Source of the DNA: Polymyxa betae A26-41
Taxonomy: Eukaryota; Protista; Endomyxa: Phytomyxea
Direction of reading: 5' to 3'
Assembly (NCBI GenBank): GCA_003693705.1
Contig: RBZT01000756.1
Coordinates: 1 to 54,814 of the forward strand
DNA length: 54,814 bases
In this document: positions 1 to 11,784 of the stretch, in pieces
How the letters are laid out: every line of letters starts with the position of its first letter
Position numbering within the stretch: the stretch's first letter is position 1
Notes under the pieces: model-generated
What the model was told of the DNA's origin: nothing
Databases searched by the model: none
The model's input: the letters and a program-made list of their open reading frames with translations, nothing else
Position numbers and translations under genes: made by a program

Positions 1-164
1 ACTATATTGACTAAGCTCCGATGCATCGGAAAGAGCACTATATTGACTAAGTTCCGATGAACCGGAAACTCTCCGAGGTCCGAGCCATCCTCCGACTCTG
101 GCTATATTTAAGGGCTTGTAATCTATCTAATATTCATTCTGCATTCATCATTGCAATCTTAACA
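1..164 (+). repeat. 3' part of a gypsy LTR related to 10161-10350, inserted in the gag of the adjacent element
   Basis: Shares TATATTGACTA, ATCCTCCGACT and ATTTAAGGGCTTGTAATCTATC with 10161-10350 and ends in CA at 164. Internal duplication 1-23/37-59. Gag-like codons (IDTRLRERE) resume after it. Confidence 0.75.
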
Positions 165-3100
165 TCAAGATCTCAAGTAGCGCTATATGATCGATACACG
201 CCTTCGTGAACGGGAAGTGGAGCGGAAGCGCCGTACTGGGTTCGCAACCCCATCCATCCACATCCATCTCAGTCCCGAATGATCCCATGATCCTCGATTC
301 TACCACTACTTCTACCTGCCGTGGCCCCATCTCAGCCGAAGAAAGAAAACGACGAATCGAGAACATTCTTTGTCTTTATTGTGGAGGATCTGGCCACCAG
401 AACCAGAACGTAAGATGCCCAGCAGTACAGTCAACAGAGTTGACTGGCAACACGGTCAGTCCTTCTCCACCATCTCCAATTCCTTTAGACGTTTCGCCTA
501 TTTATTCTTTCCTCGTTCTTCCTCTTCAGTAAGTTCTTATGTTTCCGATTATTCCGAAAGTCTTCCTAGTTTGCCTAGTTTCAATTTACCTAGTTCCCCT
601 AGTTTTTATTTACCTAGTTCCCCTGCTTCCCCTATGAATGTTTCACCCCGCTTCGTTCAGCTTGGAAAGTCTAATTGCAGTATACGCTCCGCTCCCTGTT
701 TCCAAACTGATACTTCTTGTCGCACCACCGTCCGGCGCCGCCGCCAGCCCCTCCACCTTCTTCAATTGTGCCCCGCCTCAGTCCACCTGTTTACAAACTA
801 TGTTGATCATCCAAGGCAGAGTTGTTGATGCTCTTATCGATTCCGGCGCGTCACCACTCTTAATGGACCGGTGTTTTGCCCAGAACATCGCGATCCCCCT
901 TGATGCACTTCCTGCCCCCGTCTCTGTGAAAACCATCGATGGTTCCAGCCTGAAACAAGGCGACGTCAAGTTCTGCACATCGCCAGTCGAGATCCAGACT
1001 TGCCTAGGTCGAGAACAGCTCCGCTTTATATCCTCGACACTCCACGCCAGCCCATCGTTCTAGGCGCGCCTTGGCTGTAGAAGCATAACCACGGCATTGA
1101 CTGACTCCAAAGCGAGATCAAGCTCCGTGGCCGCCGACATCATTGTGACCCAGATCCCCTCCCTAACGTCTCCATCAGCTTCGCCGAGTCTGATGAATTT
1201 CTGCAACAAAGCTGAGGTCCGCAGCTCTTCTCTATCGACATCATCCCAGCCGAACGGCAAGAAGCTCCCGAGCTCCCGCCGCAGTATCACGACTTCCCGG
1301 ACGTCTTCGATAAGTCGATCCAGGACTCAATCCCTCCACATCGGCAGTACGACTGCGCGATTGATCTTGAACCTGGAACGTAACCCGCGTTCGGTCCCTA
1401 AGCGAACCTGAAACCGCAGCACTTCGCGACTTCCTCGCCGAACACCTTCCGAAGCGGTTCATCACCGAATCGATTTCAACCGCTGGCGCCACCGTCCTAT
1501 TCGTCCGCAAGAAAGATGGGAACCTTAGCCTTTGCATCGACTACCGTGGCCTGAACGCCCTCACGATCCAAAATCGCTACCTGCTTCCTCTGATCAACCA
1601 GCTCCTCGACCGACTCCGTTCGGCCAAAGTGTACACCCGCATCGACCTACGTTCGGCATACTACCTTCTGCGCGAACGTAAAGGTGACGAGTGGAAAACC
1701 GCTTCTCGAACCCCTTTTGGCCATTTTCAGTTTAATGTTATGCCTTTTGGTTTGACTAATGCCCCGGCTACTTTTCAACATTTCCTGAACGATATTTTCC
1801 GACCTTTTCTTAAACAATTTGTGATTATCTACCTTGACGACATTTTGATCTTTTATAAAACCCTTTCTGATCACGAGATTCATGTTCGTAAGGTTTTGCA
1901 AATTTTACGCCAGCATACGCTTTGCGCTAAGCTCGAGAAATGTGAATTTTTCACTTCTCAGACAGAATTCCTCGGTTATATTGTTTCTGCCCATGATGTT
2001 TCTATGGACCTTTCTAAAGTTATAGCTGTTACCGATTGGCCTTCTCCGAAAATGTCAAAGCTGCTCAATCTTTCCTTGGCTTTGCAAATTTCTATCGTCG
2101 TTTTATTCAGAGCTTTTCTGCCATTGTCCGACCCTTAACTCTACTAACGCGAAAAGATACTCCATTCTCATGGACTAAAGAACACGAATCCGGATTCGCC
2201 ACCCTGAAGACAGCTTTCACTTCCGCACCAATCCTCGCCCATGCTGACCCCTCGAAGCCCTTCATCCTCGAAACCGACGCCAGCGACTTTGCCATCGGCG
2301 CCATCCTGTCCCAGCCCGACTCCCAAAGTATCCTCCATTACTGTTGCTTCTACTCCAGATCCCTGAACCCTGCTGAATCTCGTTACGATATCCGCGACAA
2401 AGAGCTCCTTGCGATAAAGGCTGCCTGTACCGCATGGCGACACTACCTTGAAGGCGCCCACCATCCGGTCACAGTCCCCACCGACCACGAAATCCTACGA
2501 TACTTCCAGACAATAAAGTCCCGGTCAAGCCCGGTGGTCCCAGTTCTTTTCCCGCTTCAACCTTGTGTTCTGCTACCGTCCTGGTGCCCGCAACGGCAAG
2601 GCCGACTCCCTCTCTCGTCGACCCGACCTTGAAGCTTCCCGTCGTAACCTCCCATCGTTTTCCATGTTCCGCACCGAATCCTTTCCCTATGATCTTGCCT
2701 CTGCCTCCGCAGCTGGTTCCGTTCCAACTTTTATCCCTGTTCCTGTTCCGGGTTCCCTTCCCGAATCCCTACATGCCCCTAGTCACGAATCTGGTTCCGT
2801 TCCAGATCCTGTTCCCGTCCCTGTTCCAGTTCCCGTTCCTGATCCTGTTCCTGTCCCTGCTTCTTCAACCCTACTAGTTCAGGTGGCCAACACCGGCTTC
2901 ACCTCCCCTGCTTGCTACGACCGTCTCGTCCAAGCTACCGCCAAAGACGAGTATGCCCTGTCCAATCTCCCCAGACGCCGAGTTTTCGCGATCCGGAAAT
3001 CTTCTCCTTTCCGAAACCGCATCTATGTCCCTGATATCGACGATTGCCGCCTCACTGTCCTCCGGTCCTGTCACGATGCTCGAACGGCTGGCCATTTTGG

Positions 3101-3420
3101 TTCGGCCCGCACCCTCGAGCTCGTCAAAGCGAAGCTATTGGTGGCCTAGTCTCTCATCCTACGTCAAGACTTATGTCTCCTCCTGCGACCAAATGCCTGC
3201 CGGCCTCCTCCAGCCGCTCCCTGTCCCGCTACGCCCATTCCGTTCGGTCGTTCTCGATTTCATCACCGACCTCTCCGATTCCAATGGTTCAAACTGCCTC
3301 CTGGTCTTCGTTGATCGTCTAGGCAAGACTGGCCATCTCATCCAATGCCATGGCCCTCCCGATGCTGAATCGACAGCTCTCATGTTCCTGTCCACCATCG
3401 TCCGTTTCTTCGGCGTCCCG
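165..3420 (+). mobile_element. Degenerate Tf2/chromovirus-like Ty3/gypsy gag-pol (Gag knuckle, PR, RT, RNase H, 5' part of IN)
   Basis: ISAEERKRR..CLYCGGSGH (Gag); ALIDSGA (PR); [14 protein letters not shown] and YLDDILI (RT); ETDASDFAIGAILSQ and DKELLAI (RNase H); HDARTAGHFG and LDFITDL (IN). Several frameshifts; truncated at about 3420. Confidence 0.95.
2715..2860 (+). repeat. Imperfect GTTCCN hexamer array encoding a PVPVPVPDP linker between RNase H and IN
   Basis: gttcctgttccg, gatcctgttcccgtccctgttccagttcccgttcct; seen in the translation of ORF 2565-3149. Confidence 0.8.
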
Positions 3421-3719
3421 ACACCGGAACTGCGCAAGCCTGCGTTATCGTGCATCTTCTGGCGAAATTATGCATTCTCTGACAGAAATCTGCGTATGGG
3501 ATTTTGAGATGCAAATTATCTGCGTTTTTCCGAAGTGCGCACTGGAGACAGGGTCGTTGTTAAGAGGCCGTACGAAAAAAACTGCATTCTTTCCGAATCT
3601 GATTTGCAAATTCATGCGAAAATTCGAATTGAGAAAATTTGCAGAAGGTTTTAACAAATACACCGCTAGTAATTTCAATTAATTATAGACAAAGGAAGTT
3701 TTTTCTAAAAACTGAAACC

Positions 3720-4161
3720 GTCTGTGACGGAAGGTCTTCAAGCTAATCCTTTCCTTCTTACCACTCTGCATCTTCGTCCACAATAGAATTTAGAAAGAAG
3801 ACTAACGAATGGTAATTTGACACAGGGTGTTCTCATCATATGGCTTTCCACAAGCCATCATTGTGTTGAATTCCAACCTGCTTCCCTGGTACTGGACCCT
3901 GGGGCGGCGCATGGCCACACACAACAGACAGCGTAACTCTGCTCTGTTATCAAAACTGCAGATCATGGTCACTGTGTAATTCCACTAGGCGATACACAGC
4001 TTTGCTGATCAGACGTGTTAGATGTTCCTGGCCTGGGCAAGATCCTTTACTCTCCTGGGCAGGCAACCGAACATGGTCTCAAGTTTCTGTTATCAGGCAA
4101 GTATCTCACAATCTACAACCAAGAAGGATTTAAAGAACCACATGGACAAGTGATAGATCAT
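3720..4161 (+). pseudogene. Copia protease-region fragment, related to the 24659-30257 element
   Basis: Manual translation W*FDTGCSHHM ... VLDVPGLGKILYSPGQATEHGLKFL aligns with VLSVPNLAQNLLSPGQATSYGLKFL at about 25980-26060. Confidence 0.8.
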
Positions 4162-4288
4162 TGATGAGTTCTTGAAGATAGGAGAACCTTATCGAACTGA
4201 TTTTATTTCGGGTACATAAGAACGATCCCAACCGGGATGAATCATCCAGGTGACCGTCTGCATTGTAATCATAAATATCAATATAACA
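4162..4288 (-). repeat. 3' LTR (about 127 bp) of the minus-strand copia
   Basis: On the minus strand the PPT GGGGGGGAG (4297-4289) is followed by TGTTATA; it contains AATAAA and a plausible end TCATCA at 4162. No second LTR to confirm the distal end. Confidence 0.65.
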
Positions 4289-7200
4289 CTCCCCCCCAGA
4301 CAGACGCCAGGGATAAACGTAATCCTATTTGACTTCGGCACCAAAGAAATTTCTTGTTGGGTACCGGTTTAGTAAGTAATCAGCCACCATCTCCTGAGTT
4401 CGGCAATGCTTCAAATGGATGTGCTTGTCATGAACGAGCTCGCGAGTATAATGAAATTTAACATCAATATGTTTTGAACGTTCTTCAGTACGATCATTCG
4501 TCCCTATAGAAATTGCAGCATTACTATCTGAAAAGATAATTGTAGGAGAACCCTGCATAAATCCGATTTCGGATAGAAACTGTCTGATGGAGAAAGCCTC
4601 TCGAGCTGCCTCGTACAAAGATACGTATTCCGCCATTGCAGATGAAGTGTCTACTGAAGGTTTGGCCTGACTTTTCCAGCTAATGGGGGCATTCGCCATC
4701 ATGAATATAAACCCTGTAACAGATCTACGCATTTCGGGGTCGTTCGCAAAGTCGCTGTCAACGTAGCCAATCAATGTAGGGTCCGCTGAATGTTGTCGAA
4801 ACTCTATAGCCAATTCGTTGGTTTCAACAAAGTATCGTAGAACACGCTTCGCCATATTCCAATGGCCTAAGCCAGGTTTGTGCATGAACCGACACAAAAC
4901 ACCAACAACTTGAGAGATATCCGGTCTAGTTCTAGTAGATACCCATAATAGACTTCCCACTAATTTTGAATAAGGTACACCTTCCATTAATCGTGTTTCT
5001 TCCGGAGTCTTCGGCGAATATTCGTACGGATTGTCAGCACTAATTATATACGGCATAGAGTATCGTTCCTGTGTCAATGTAACGTTAAATGTATGTGACA
5101 TTTTTTCGATGTAAGCCTGTTGGTCAATCCAGATAGACTTTCTATCGTTGCTGCGCCGGACTTTCATGCCGAGAATGCGATGTGGTTCACCTAAATATGT
5201 AATTCCGAAGCGATTGTTCATTTCGTTGATCATTTGATTCACAGATTTCTCGTCGTTATGAACGATTAGCTGGTTGTCAACAAATAGAGCGAGAATAATC
5301 ATCTTATCCCCATTATATTTGACGTATACGCAAAGATCAGCTTTGGACCGAACGAATCCCGCATCTTGAACCATAAAGTTTTTAAAGGTTTCGTTCCAGA
5401 CTCGCCTGACGTAATCCGTACAATGCCTTTTTCAATTGACAGACTGCATTAGGTCTCTTCTCGTTGATATAACCTGGAGGCTGTTTCACGAAGATTTCCT
5501 CCTCCAGTGACCATTTAGATAGGCGCTTACAACATCGACCTGTCTTAGAGTGAAATTTTTCTCAGCTGCAATTGCCAATAAAATGCGCAAAGACTCTTGC
5601 CGAGCGACAGGCGCAAAAGATTCATCATAATCGATACCTGCACGTTGAGAAAAACCCTGAATGACTAGTCTGGCGTAGAATTTCTTGACTGTTCCGACAT
5701 TGTTGGCCGGAACTCTAAATATCCAACGACATCCTATGGGTTTCCGTTCGCTAGGTAAATTCGTCAAAATCCACGTGTTTCGTTCTGTGAGATTTCGATA
5801 TTCACGCTCGATCGCATCAGACCAATATTCACGATACGGATTCTTATTATCTAAAGCTTCGAATATTGTTTTCGGTATCTTCACCTGATTAGCCAATATA
5901 GTAGATAATGACTTGTCCCTTTCAGAATTCGTCGCAAAATTTTTTGATACAACATTTAAAACAACTCTTTTCGGAAGCCCCATCATCGATTCAACGCTAT
6001 TCATTTCGTGTCTTTTCAAAATGCGAAAATCGCCAGGATCGTATCGTGAAGGAATGATTCTGATACGCGCTGACGACCTCACTGACACTTCTTCCGAGGA
6101 TTCAGCAGGTTCTTGAGATATGGCGGGCTGAGAGGGTTCTGGTGCAGGATCCTGGGATTCGTCGCTTAAAACTGGCTTGTTGTCCGCAGAGGGCTCAGAA
6201 TCATCATTGGGGTCCCCAGTTTCGTTGCTCAATGGAGAACTTTCATCCACGGACATTTCCGATTCGGAGTCAGAATAGTGATACTCCTGGGGGATATCAT
6301 CACCAATGTCGCTAGAATCATTATCTGAGGAAATTGGCGTGTCGGTAAGTTCTTCAATTTTGGACTCCCTTAGCTGCGTCGGTTGTTCATTCCACGAGAA
6401 TTTGTCCTCTTCAAACCGAACATGTATTGCCGTAAAAATTTCCCTGGTCGCGGAATCCATTAGCTTATATCCCTTTTGGTGCTGGCCATATCCAATGATG
6501 ATTGCCTTTCTTGCCCTCGGCTTTAATTTTCTTCGTCTTTGGGACGGGATGTATGCCCAACAGCGACATCAAAAGACGCGGAGATTTAACGCACTTGGTT
6601 TGTACCCATATAGCTCTTCATGAGGTGTCATACCATTGAACTTGGTATCGTCCAAAGACGTAGTAGGGGAACGGTTGTGCAAGTAATTTGCCGTACAGAC
6701 CGCCAAGGCCCAAAAGGACTCGGGGTGCCAAGAATGGAAACCCATACTTTCAGCCATTTCCATTATTGTGAGGCTCAACCTCTCTGGCATCCCCATTTGC
6801 TCGGGATTATATGGGAGTGAGGTTTCGGTAATGATACCACGCTCAGAACAGAATCGTTGAGCTTCCCGACATAAGAATTCTTTGGCGCTGTCAGTCCGCC
6901 AGATCCGCAGTGTCGGGGCGGTTCTCAAACCGTTGCAGAATTTTGGGAGCCTCGGATTTGTGACGTAAAAAATATATCCAACTGTAAGAAGTAGCATCAT
7001 CAATAAAGGTCATAAAGTAGCGGTTACCGCCTATTGAGAATTTCGGCATTGGGCCGCAAATATCGCTCCAAACAATATGTAGTGGAATAGTGGCGCGCTC
7101 TGTTCGGGATTGAAATGACGTGCGTGTCATTTTGGCCATTATGCAACTCGGGCAGTTTTGGATACGGTCTTTCTAAATCGCATCCGCCTCCGTGTAATCG

Positions 7201-8090
7201 ATCCCATCGACGGCCTTTTCTAATTCGGCAAGAAGTTTGCCTCGAATATGCCCATTTCTACAATGGACGAGGAATTTGGACATGGCCGCAGCGATTTTAT
7301 GATCGGAGTCATCACCTTTGTTTTCTCCAGAGAACTGGTAAAGGTTATTTTTCTTTTTGATCTGCGTGATCACTTGCATACAAGAATCTAAAGCATAACG
7401 AAAATCTCCGATAAAGAAGAGAGACGTCCCTTTCGACGTGCTCTGGCTGACAGAGACCAAATTATAGGCGATATCTGGGATATGGATGCTCTCTTCCATG
7501 ATCAGGCCGCGATTGCCTAGATCAATCCTTGCGGTCCCCTCTCAATGGATATCAGTTGCCTGGCCATTGCCAACATAGACTTTTCCCAGGGGGCCTTCTC
7601 GGTCATCCTGAAATATTGCGAGGTCCCGTATCGCGTGACCGGAGGCTCCGCTGTCGATGATCGTTTCAGTTTGATGACCTGCGCAAGTTCCACATGCAAC
7701 AGCCGACATGTAGAGCGAAACGTTTTTTATATTCGCACTTGTAGTGCGTTTTTCCGGGAACTTTGTCCAGCAATTGGAAGAGTGGTGATATCGAATTCCA
7801 CGTCCGTCCTTGTTGCAGTGCTCGCAAATGGGCCGGTTCCTGGAGGCATTTGCCTGGATCTGCTGAGTCTAATATCCTTTCCCAGATAATTTTATCTCGC
7901 GATTGAGAATCATTTGAGAGATCCTGTCAGTAGCAAGAGCGTCAGCGTGACTGTCGGCAGCAGCAATAACAGATCCAAAGTCATCGGGTAGGCCAGTTAA
8001 TATCACTGCGGCGGTCACGGAGTCCGTTAGGGTTGCTTTGGATGCTTCATGGAATTCACGGACTGCGTCCTTAGCTCGACTGATATACAA
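4162..8090 (-). mobile_element. 5'-truncated Ty1/copia retrotransposon (gag end, PR, IN, RT, RNase H, PPT, 3' LTR)
   Basis: IIDSGASGH (PR); WSDICGPM..YFMTFIDD (IN); ARLVIQGFSQRAGIDYDESFAPV (RT); GYVDSDFA..RRSVTG and RSKHIDVKFH (RNase H). Domain order PR-IN-RT-RH; frameshifted. Confidence 0.95.
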
Positions 8091-9239
8091 GGAGTGGTTT
8101 TAGGGTACCAAGGCCTTTAGGAGAAGCGGTTCATGGGCAATATCGAAATCATGTAGTTCATTTGGATTGGAATTATATTATGCCATCTGAAAAGAAGGGC
8201 TCGCATAAATATCAATCGAATCTCATTTTACGTGACGACTTATCAAGCTATGTTAGAATAACGCCAGCTGTGATACCAGAGAGCATAATCACAGTGGTTG
8301 CTTGGATGGATTGGAGAGCTCTATCTAGAACTCCTGAAATCATAGTAGCAGATATGGCATCATATTATATGTCTCAAGTCATGAGAAAGTTTACGCAGAG
8401 GTGTAATATGAAACATCATTTTACAGTGGCTTATGGTCATTATAGCAGTGGTTCTATTGAAGTTATAAATAAGCATCATTTAGCTTTAATCCGAGCATAA
8501 ATATCAGAGCTGCATTGGAATAAAAGTGATTGGCCGTGGTTAAATAAAAATATAGAACATACTCTGAATCACCGACCACAGTCTAGACTTGGTGGGAAGG
8601 CACCAGTCACAGTCTTTACAGGTCATCATTCAGATAATCCATTAGAGCAATTATTTGGATTGATTAAGGAAGGCTCAGTGAAATATTCTAATGTCCCCGT
8701 AGAGAAACTGCTAAAGGAAGTGGAAGTATTGCAAGATTCTCTAGCACAAATGCATAAGGGAATAGCACTCAGTTCCAAGGATCAACGTCTGAAAAAACGT
8801 ACCAAATCTCGAATCTTTAGAAGAGAGAGCAATTTCACTATATGTGATTATGTCTTGGTTGGAGATCCCGATCCTGTAAAAAGAGCAGGTAGGAAGTTGC
8901 ATTTGCTATGGAAAGGTCCATACCAGGTGACAGATACATTTAATAATTATACCTTCAAACTTGAAAATATTATTAATGGTACGAAGAGAATTGTGCATGG
9001 GGACAGAATCAAGTATTATGCGGATAATCAGTTGGAAGTAACTGAGCAAATCGAGGAAAAGTTTGCATATGATAATGCTAGTTATGAAGTTGAACAATTT
9101 AGAGATTGTCCTTTGAATTGCGATACTCAGCAGGTTGAATTCCTAGTAGATTGGAAAGGTTTTTCCAACAGAAAGAACTTGGTAACCTTTAGAAAATTTA
9201 CGGACAGATGTTCCAAGCATGGTACAAAAATACCACAAA

Positions 9240-9987
9240 CATTTATTGCCGGTTTCAATTATTTTGCCCTATGGATGTAGAGAGTAAACCGGGTTGCAGA
9301 TGTCTTAATCTTGGCTGATTCACGGAGTTTATTCCAATAACGCAATTATGGACTCATTGAGAGGCCATTTGTTTAAAAAAAGGATTCTGTCATCTAATAA
9401 ACCGGATTTTACTTAAATTTCGTTTGCGAATGGTGTGAATATTTTTTATGGTCTTGCAGCTCCTCACTATCATGGATTTTTAGAGGCCAATGAGCTGATT
9501 GTTGACGCGGAGCAACATTGGCAACTGTACCGGGCCTCTTGAATAACTCGTCCATCTTCGTAAAGACCTTTTAGAAACCTCAATAATCAAAGACACATAT
9601 TTTTCTTGGGAACACGAATAGATATAGTATAGAACGAAGCATCTCCATCGATAATCTTGCCTAAACATGAATAAAGTAGTGCAAAAGATCACAAAATTGC
9701 CTTCAAAATCACAAAATAGGGAACTACGGGAGCGTTACGGAGAGGGCATCAAAATGGCACCCTTGGATGTGGCCGAATTCGTTCGATTTGCTTTAATTCG
9801 GCATTCTCAAAGCTCTTAATCCAGAAAACTACCCGGATTTACAAAAACTCAGTCAATTTACTTTTTTAAACAAGGGGTTTCCACGTTTGTTATTCCGGGT
9901 TTCGACGCAGTAATTTCCGCCACGGACATTTATTAACCGGCGAAGTTTATTATGGCGAGTGATAATATTTGAAAACGGCAATAAAAG
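9240..9987 (-). mobile_element. Internally deleted Tc1/IS630-like DNA transposon nested in the gypsy chromodomain region
   Basis: Imperfect TIRs of about 24 bp (CATTTATTGCCGGTTTCAATTATT / AATATTTGAAAACGGCAATAAAAG), with TA on the right flank. N-terminal HTH-like peptide MFRQDYRWRCFVLYYIY..VSKRSLRRW. The gypsy coding sequence resumes after 9989. Confidence 0.75.
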
Positions 9988-10160
9988 TATACAATCATGA
10001 ACTAGCTGATATGGTCCTTGAAGAAATTAAGAAGTGGACTTTACATTGAGTGGCAAGCTTTTCCTTTATCTCGCCCGATGGTTTTTTTAATGCTTCCATT
10101 TAAGGTGATTCCAAGAGAGAGACTTCTTATACCCGGAGAGTGGTTTTAGGGAAGGGAGTG

Positions 10161-10350
10161 TGTCAATATTTTTTAAGCAGTATATTGACTAGATGATTAT
10201 CTCTGGACTAGATGAATATCATTGGACCGATGAATTTCGGGTCCGATGAATCGGCTGAACTCCGAGATCAGAGCTATCCTCCGACTTTAGTATTATTTAA
10301 GGGCTTGTAATCTATCGAAATCATTCAGTCTGCAATCATCATTGTAGACA
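10161..10350 (+). repeat. Gypsy 3' LTR (about 190 bp)
   Basis: TGTC...GACA termini just after the PPT; similar to 1-164. Confidence 0.8.
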
Positions 10351-10629
10351 CAGCACTAGTGTTCAGTAGATTGGCATAGTTTCAACCATAAATTCATCTA
10401 TGGTGATCCAGCGTATGGTTGCTCAGACAAGGTCTGCTCTCCGTTTCCAAATGCGGATCCCGGGACTAGGGAGGCGGGATTCAATGCAACAATGAGTTCA
10501 GTCCGAGAGTCCGTAGAATGGTCGTTCGGTCGACTCAAAACGTAAATGTGGCCGACTTTGGCCTATGCAAAAGCGCTGAAGGTCCGACAATCACCAATTG
10601 GGAGAATGTTTCTGGTTGGCTGCCTTCTC
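10351..10629 (+). pseudogene. PIF/Harbinger (DDE_Tnp_4-like) transposase C-terminal fragment
   Basis: Manual translation from 10390: KFIYGDPAYG...FNATMSSVRESVEWSFGRLK. Not in the ORF track. Confidence 0.85.
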
Positions 10630-11783
10630 TGTTAATCCAGAAAATCCAAGTCCAAAGTGACGCAGCCTTTCTACTCATACAGTCACAGGACGATACCTTG
10701 TGAACGTTCCCTATATATATACATTATTTTTTGTCGCCATATTCGACCTTTATTTAGATTAAGAGTCCCATATGTCGCACAGTGGCAATGAATCACAACT
10801 TGATGAATCATCGGAGAAAGCACCAGAAAGTATACTAGATGAAGAACTCGATCAAGCGATAAAACAAGCAGAACGAGAGCAAAAGATCAAGAAATTGAAA
10901 ATTGAACAAGGATCAAAACCAAGTTTGTGAACAAAAGACATATGCAATAGAAATAAACCAATTAAAGGAGCTGGCGACAACTTCGAATTCTGGTTGAGCA
11001 CCGCAGTTATGTACCTAAAAGCAACAAAATTCGACCAAGTTATCGGAGAAAATGATGATGGATCACCGAATCTGGAACCACCACATATCGATTCGCCAGC
11101 AAAGAAACAAATGGATTGGCAAGCACGACTTCTTATTGTTGGCACATTGATTACACCAGAAGTCGCGATGACCCTAATCTGCATATGTATGAAATCTCCT
11201 ATCACGCCTTGAAGATTCTGTTTAAAACATATAATCCCAGATGTAGAACTGTTACCGTGTCAATTTTTAAATATTTCTTCTCAATGCGGCAAGGAGAGAG
11301 CGAGAGCATCGATATGCTCAGCGCAAGTCTGAAATTATCTGCAAACCGTTTAAGAGCAGCTGTGGATAGCAAGATATTATAATTCATGACGAACCGACCG
11401 CTATGAAAATGATGATGAAAATTAATCGCAAATATGCTGCCACGATCAATGCGATAAACGCTCGTGACGATGAAGAGGATGAAGCATTAGATCTCGATCG
11501 ACTGACCGCAATTCTTGTACAGGAAGAGAAGATGAAGTTGAAGCAAGAAAAAGATGATATACTCCTATCTGCAAATTATTGCATCAACAAAGCGATATGC
11601 CGACATCATCCTCACGGGAAGCATCAAGAAAGAGAATGCAAAAGCAAATGTCGAATTCACCCATTCGGATCTCACTCAAATAAAGAATGCCGAAACCAAG
11701 CAAAACCCTTTAAACCATTTAACAATTCAAAGCAAGAAAGTGCAAATCAGAATAATACAAGCGTCAAAAGCAGTGACTCTTAA
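10630..11783 (+). mobile_element. 5' fragment of a copia element: short LTR (10630-10756), PBS, gag with two CHHC knuckles
   Basis: TGTTAA start interrupts the Harbinger frame; PBS 10757-10771; ATG at 10772. Gag-like IKGAGDNFEFW, FFSMRQGESESID, LTAILVQEE; CRHHPHGKHQEREC and CRIHPFGSHSNKEC. Confidence 0.8.
10757..10771 (+). promoter_or_regulatory. Primer-binding site complementary to the tRNA-Lys(CUU) anticodon arm
   Basis: GATTAAGAGTCCCAT, identical to 24929-24943; its reverse complement is ATGGGACTCTTAATC. Confidence 0.8.
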
Positions 11784-11784
11784 A

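Larger units (their letters stand above)
8091..10350 (+). mobile_element. 3' fragment of a gypsy element: integrase, chromodomain, PPT, 3' LTR
   Basis: VPRPLGEAVHG..HLDWNYI; WKGPYQV (GPY/F motif); YEVEQF..FLVDWKGF (chromodomain); PPT AGGGAAGGGAG at 10148-10158. Confidence 0.9.

Noticed and set aside
565-625. CCTAGTT short repeats as a CRISPR-like or regulatory array
   Set aside because: Irregular low-complexity repeats in the gag-pol spacer, with no constant repeat or spacer length.
3421-3700. Possible DNA-transposon end with repeated TGCG/TGCA motifs
   Set aside because: No TIR pair or TSD could be identified.
1-10350. 1-164 and 10161-10350 as paired LTRs of one element
   Set aside because: They are too divergent, and 1-164 is followed directly by interrupted gag of another family rather than a PBS or leader.
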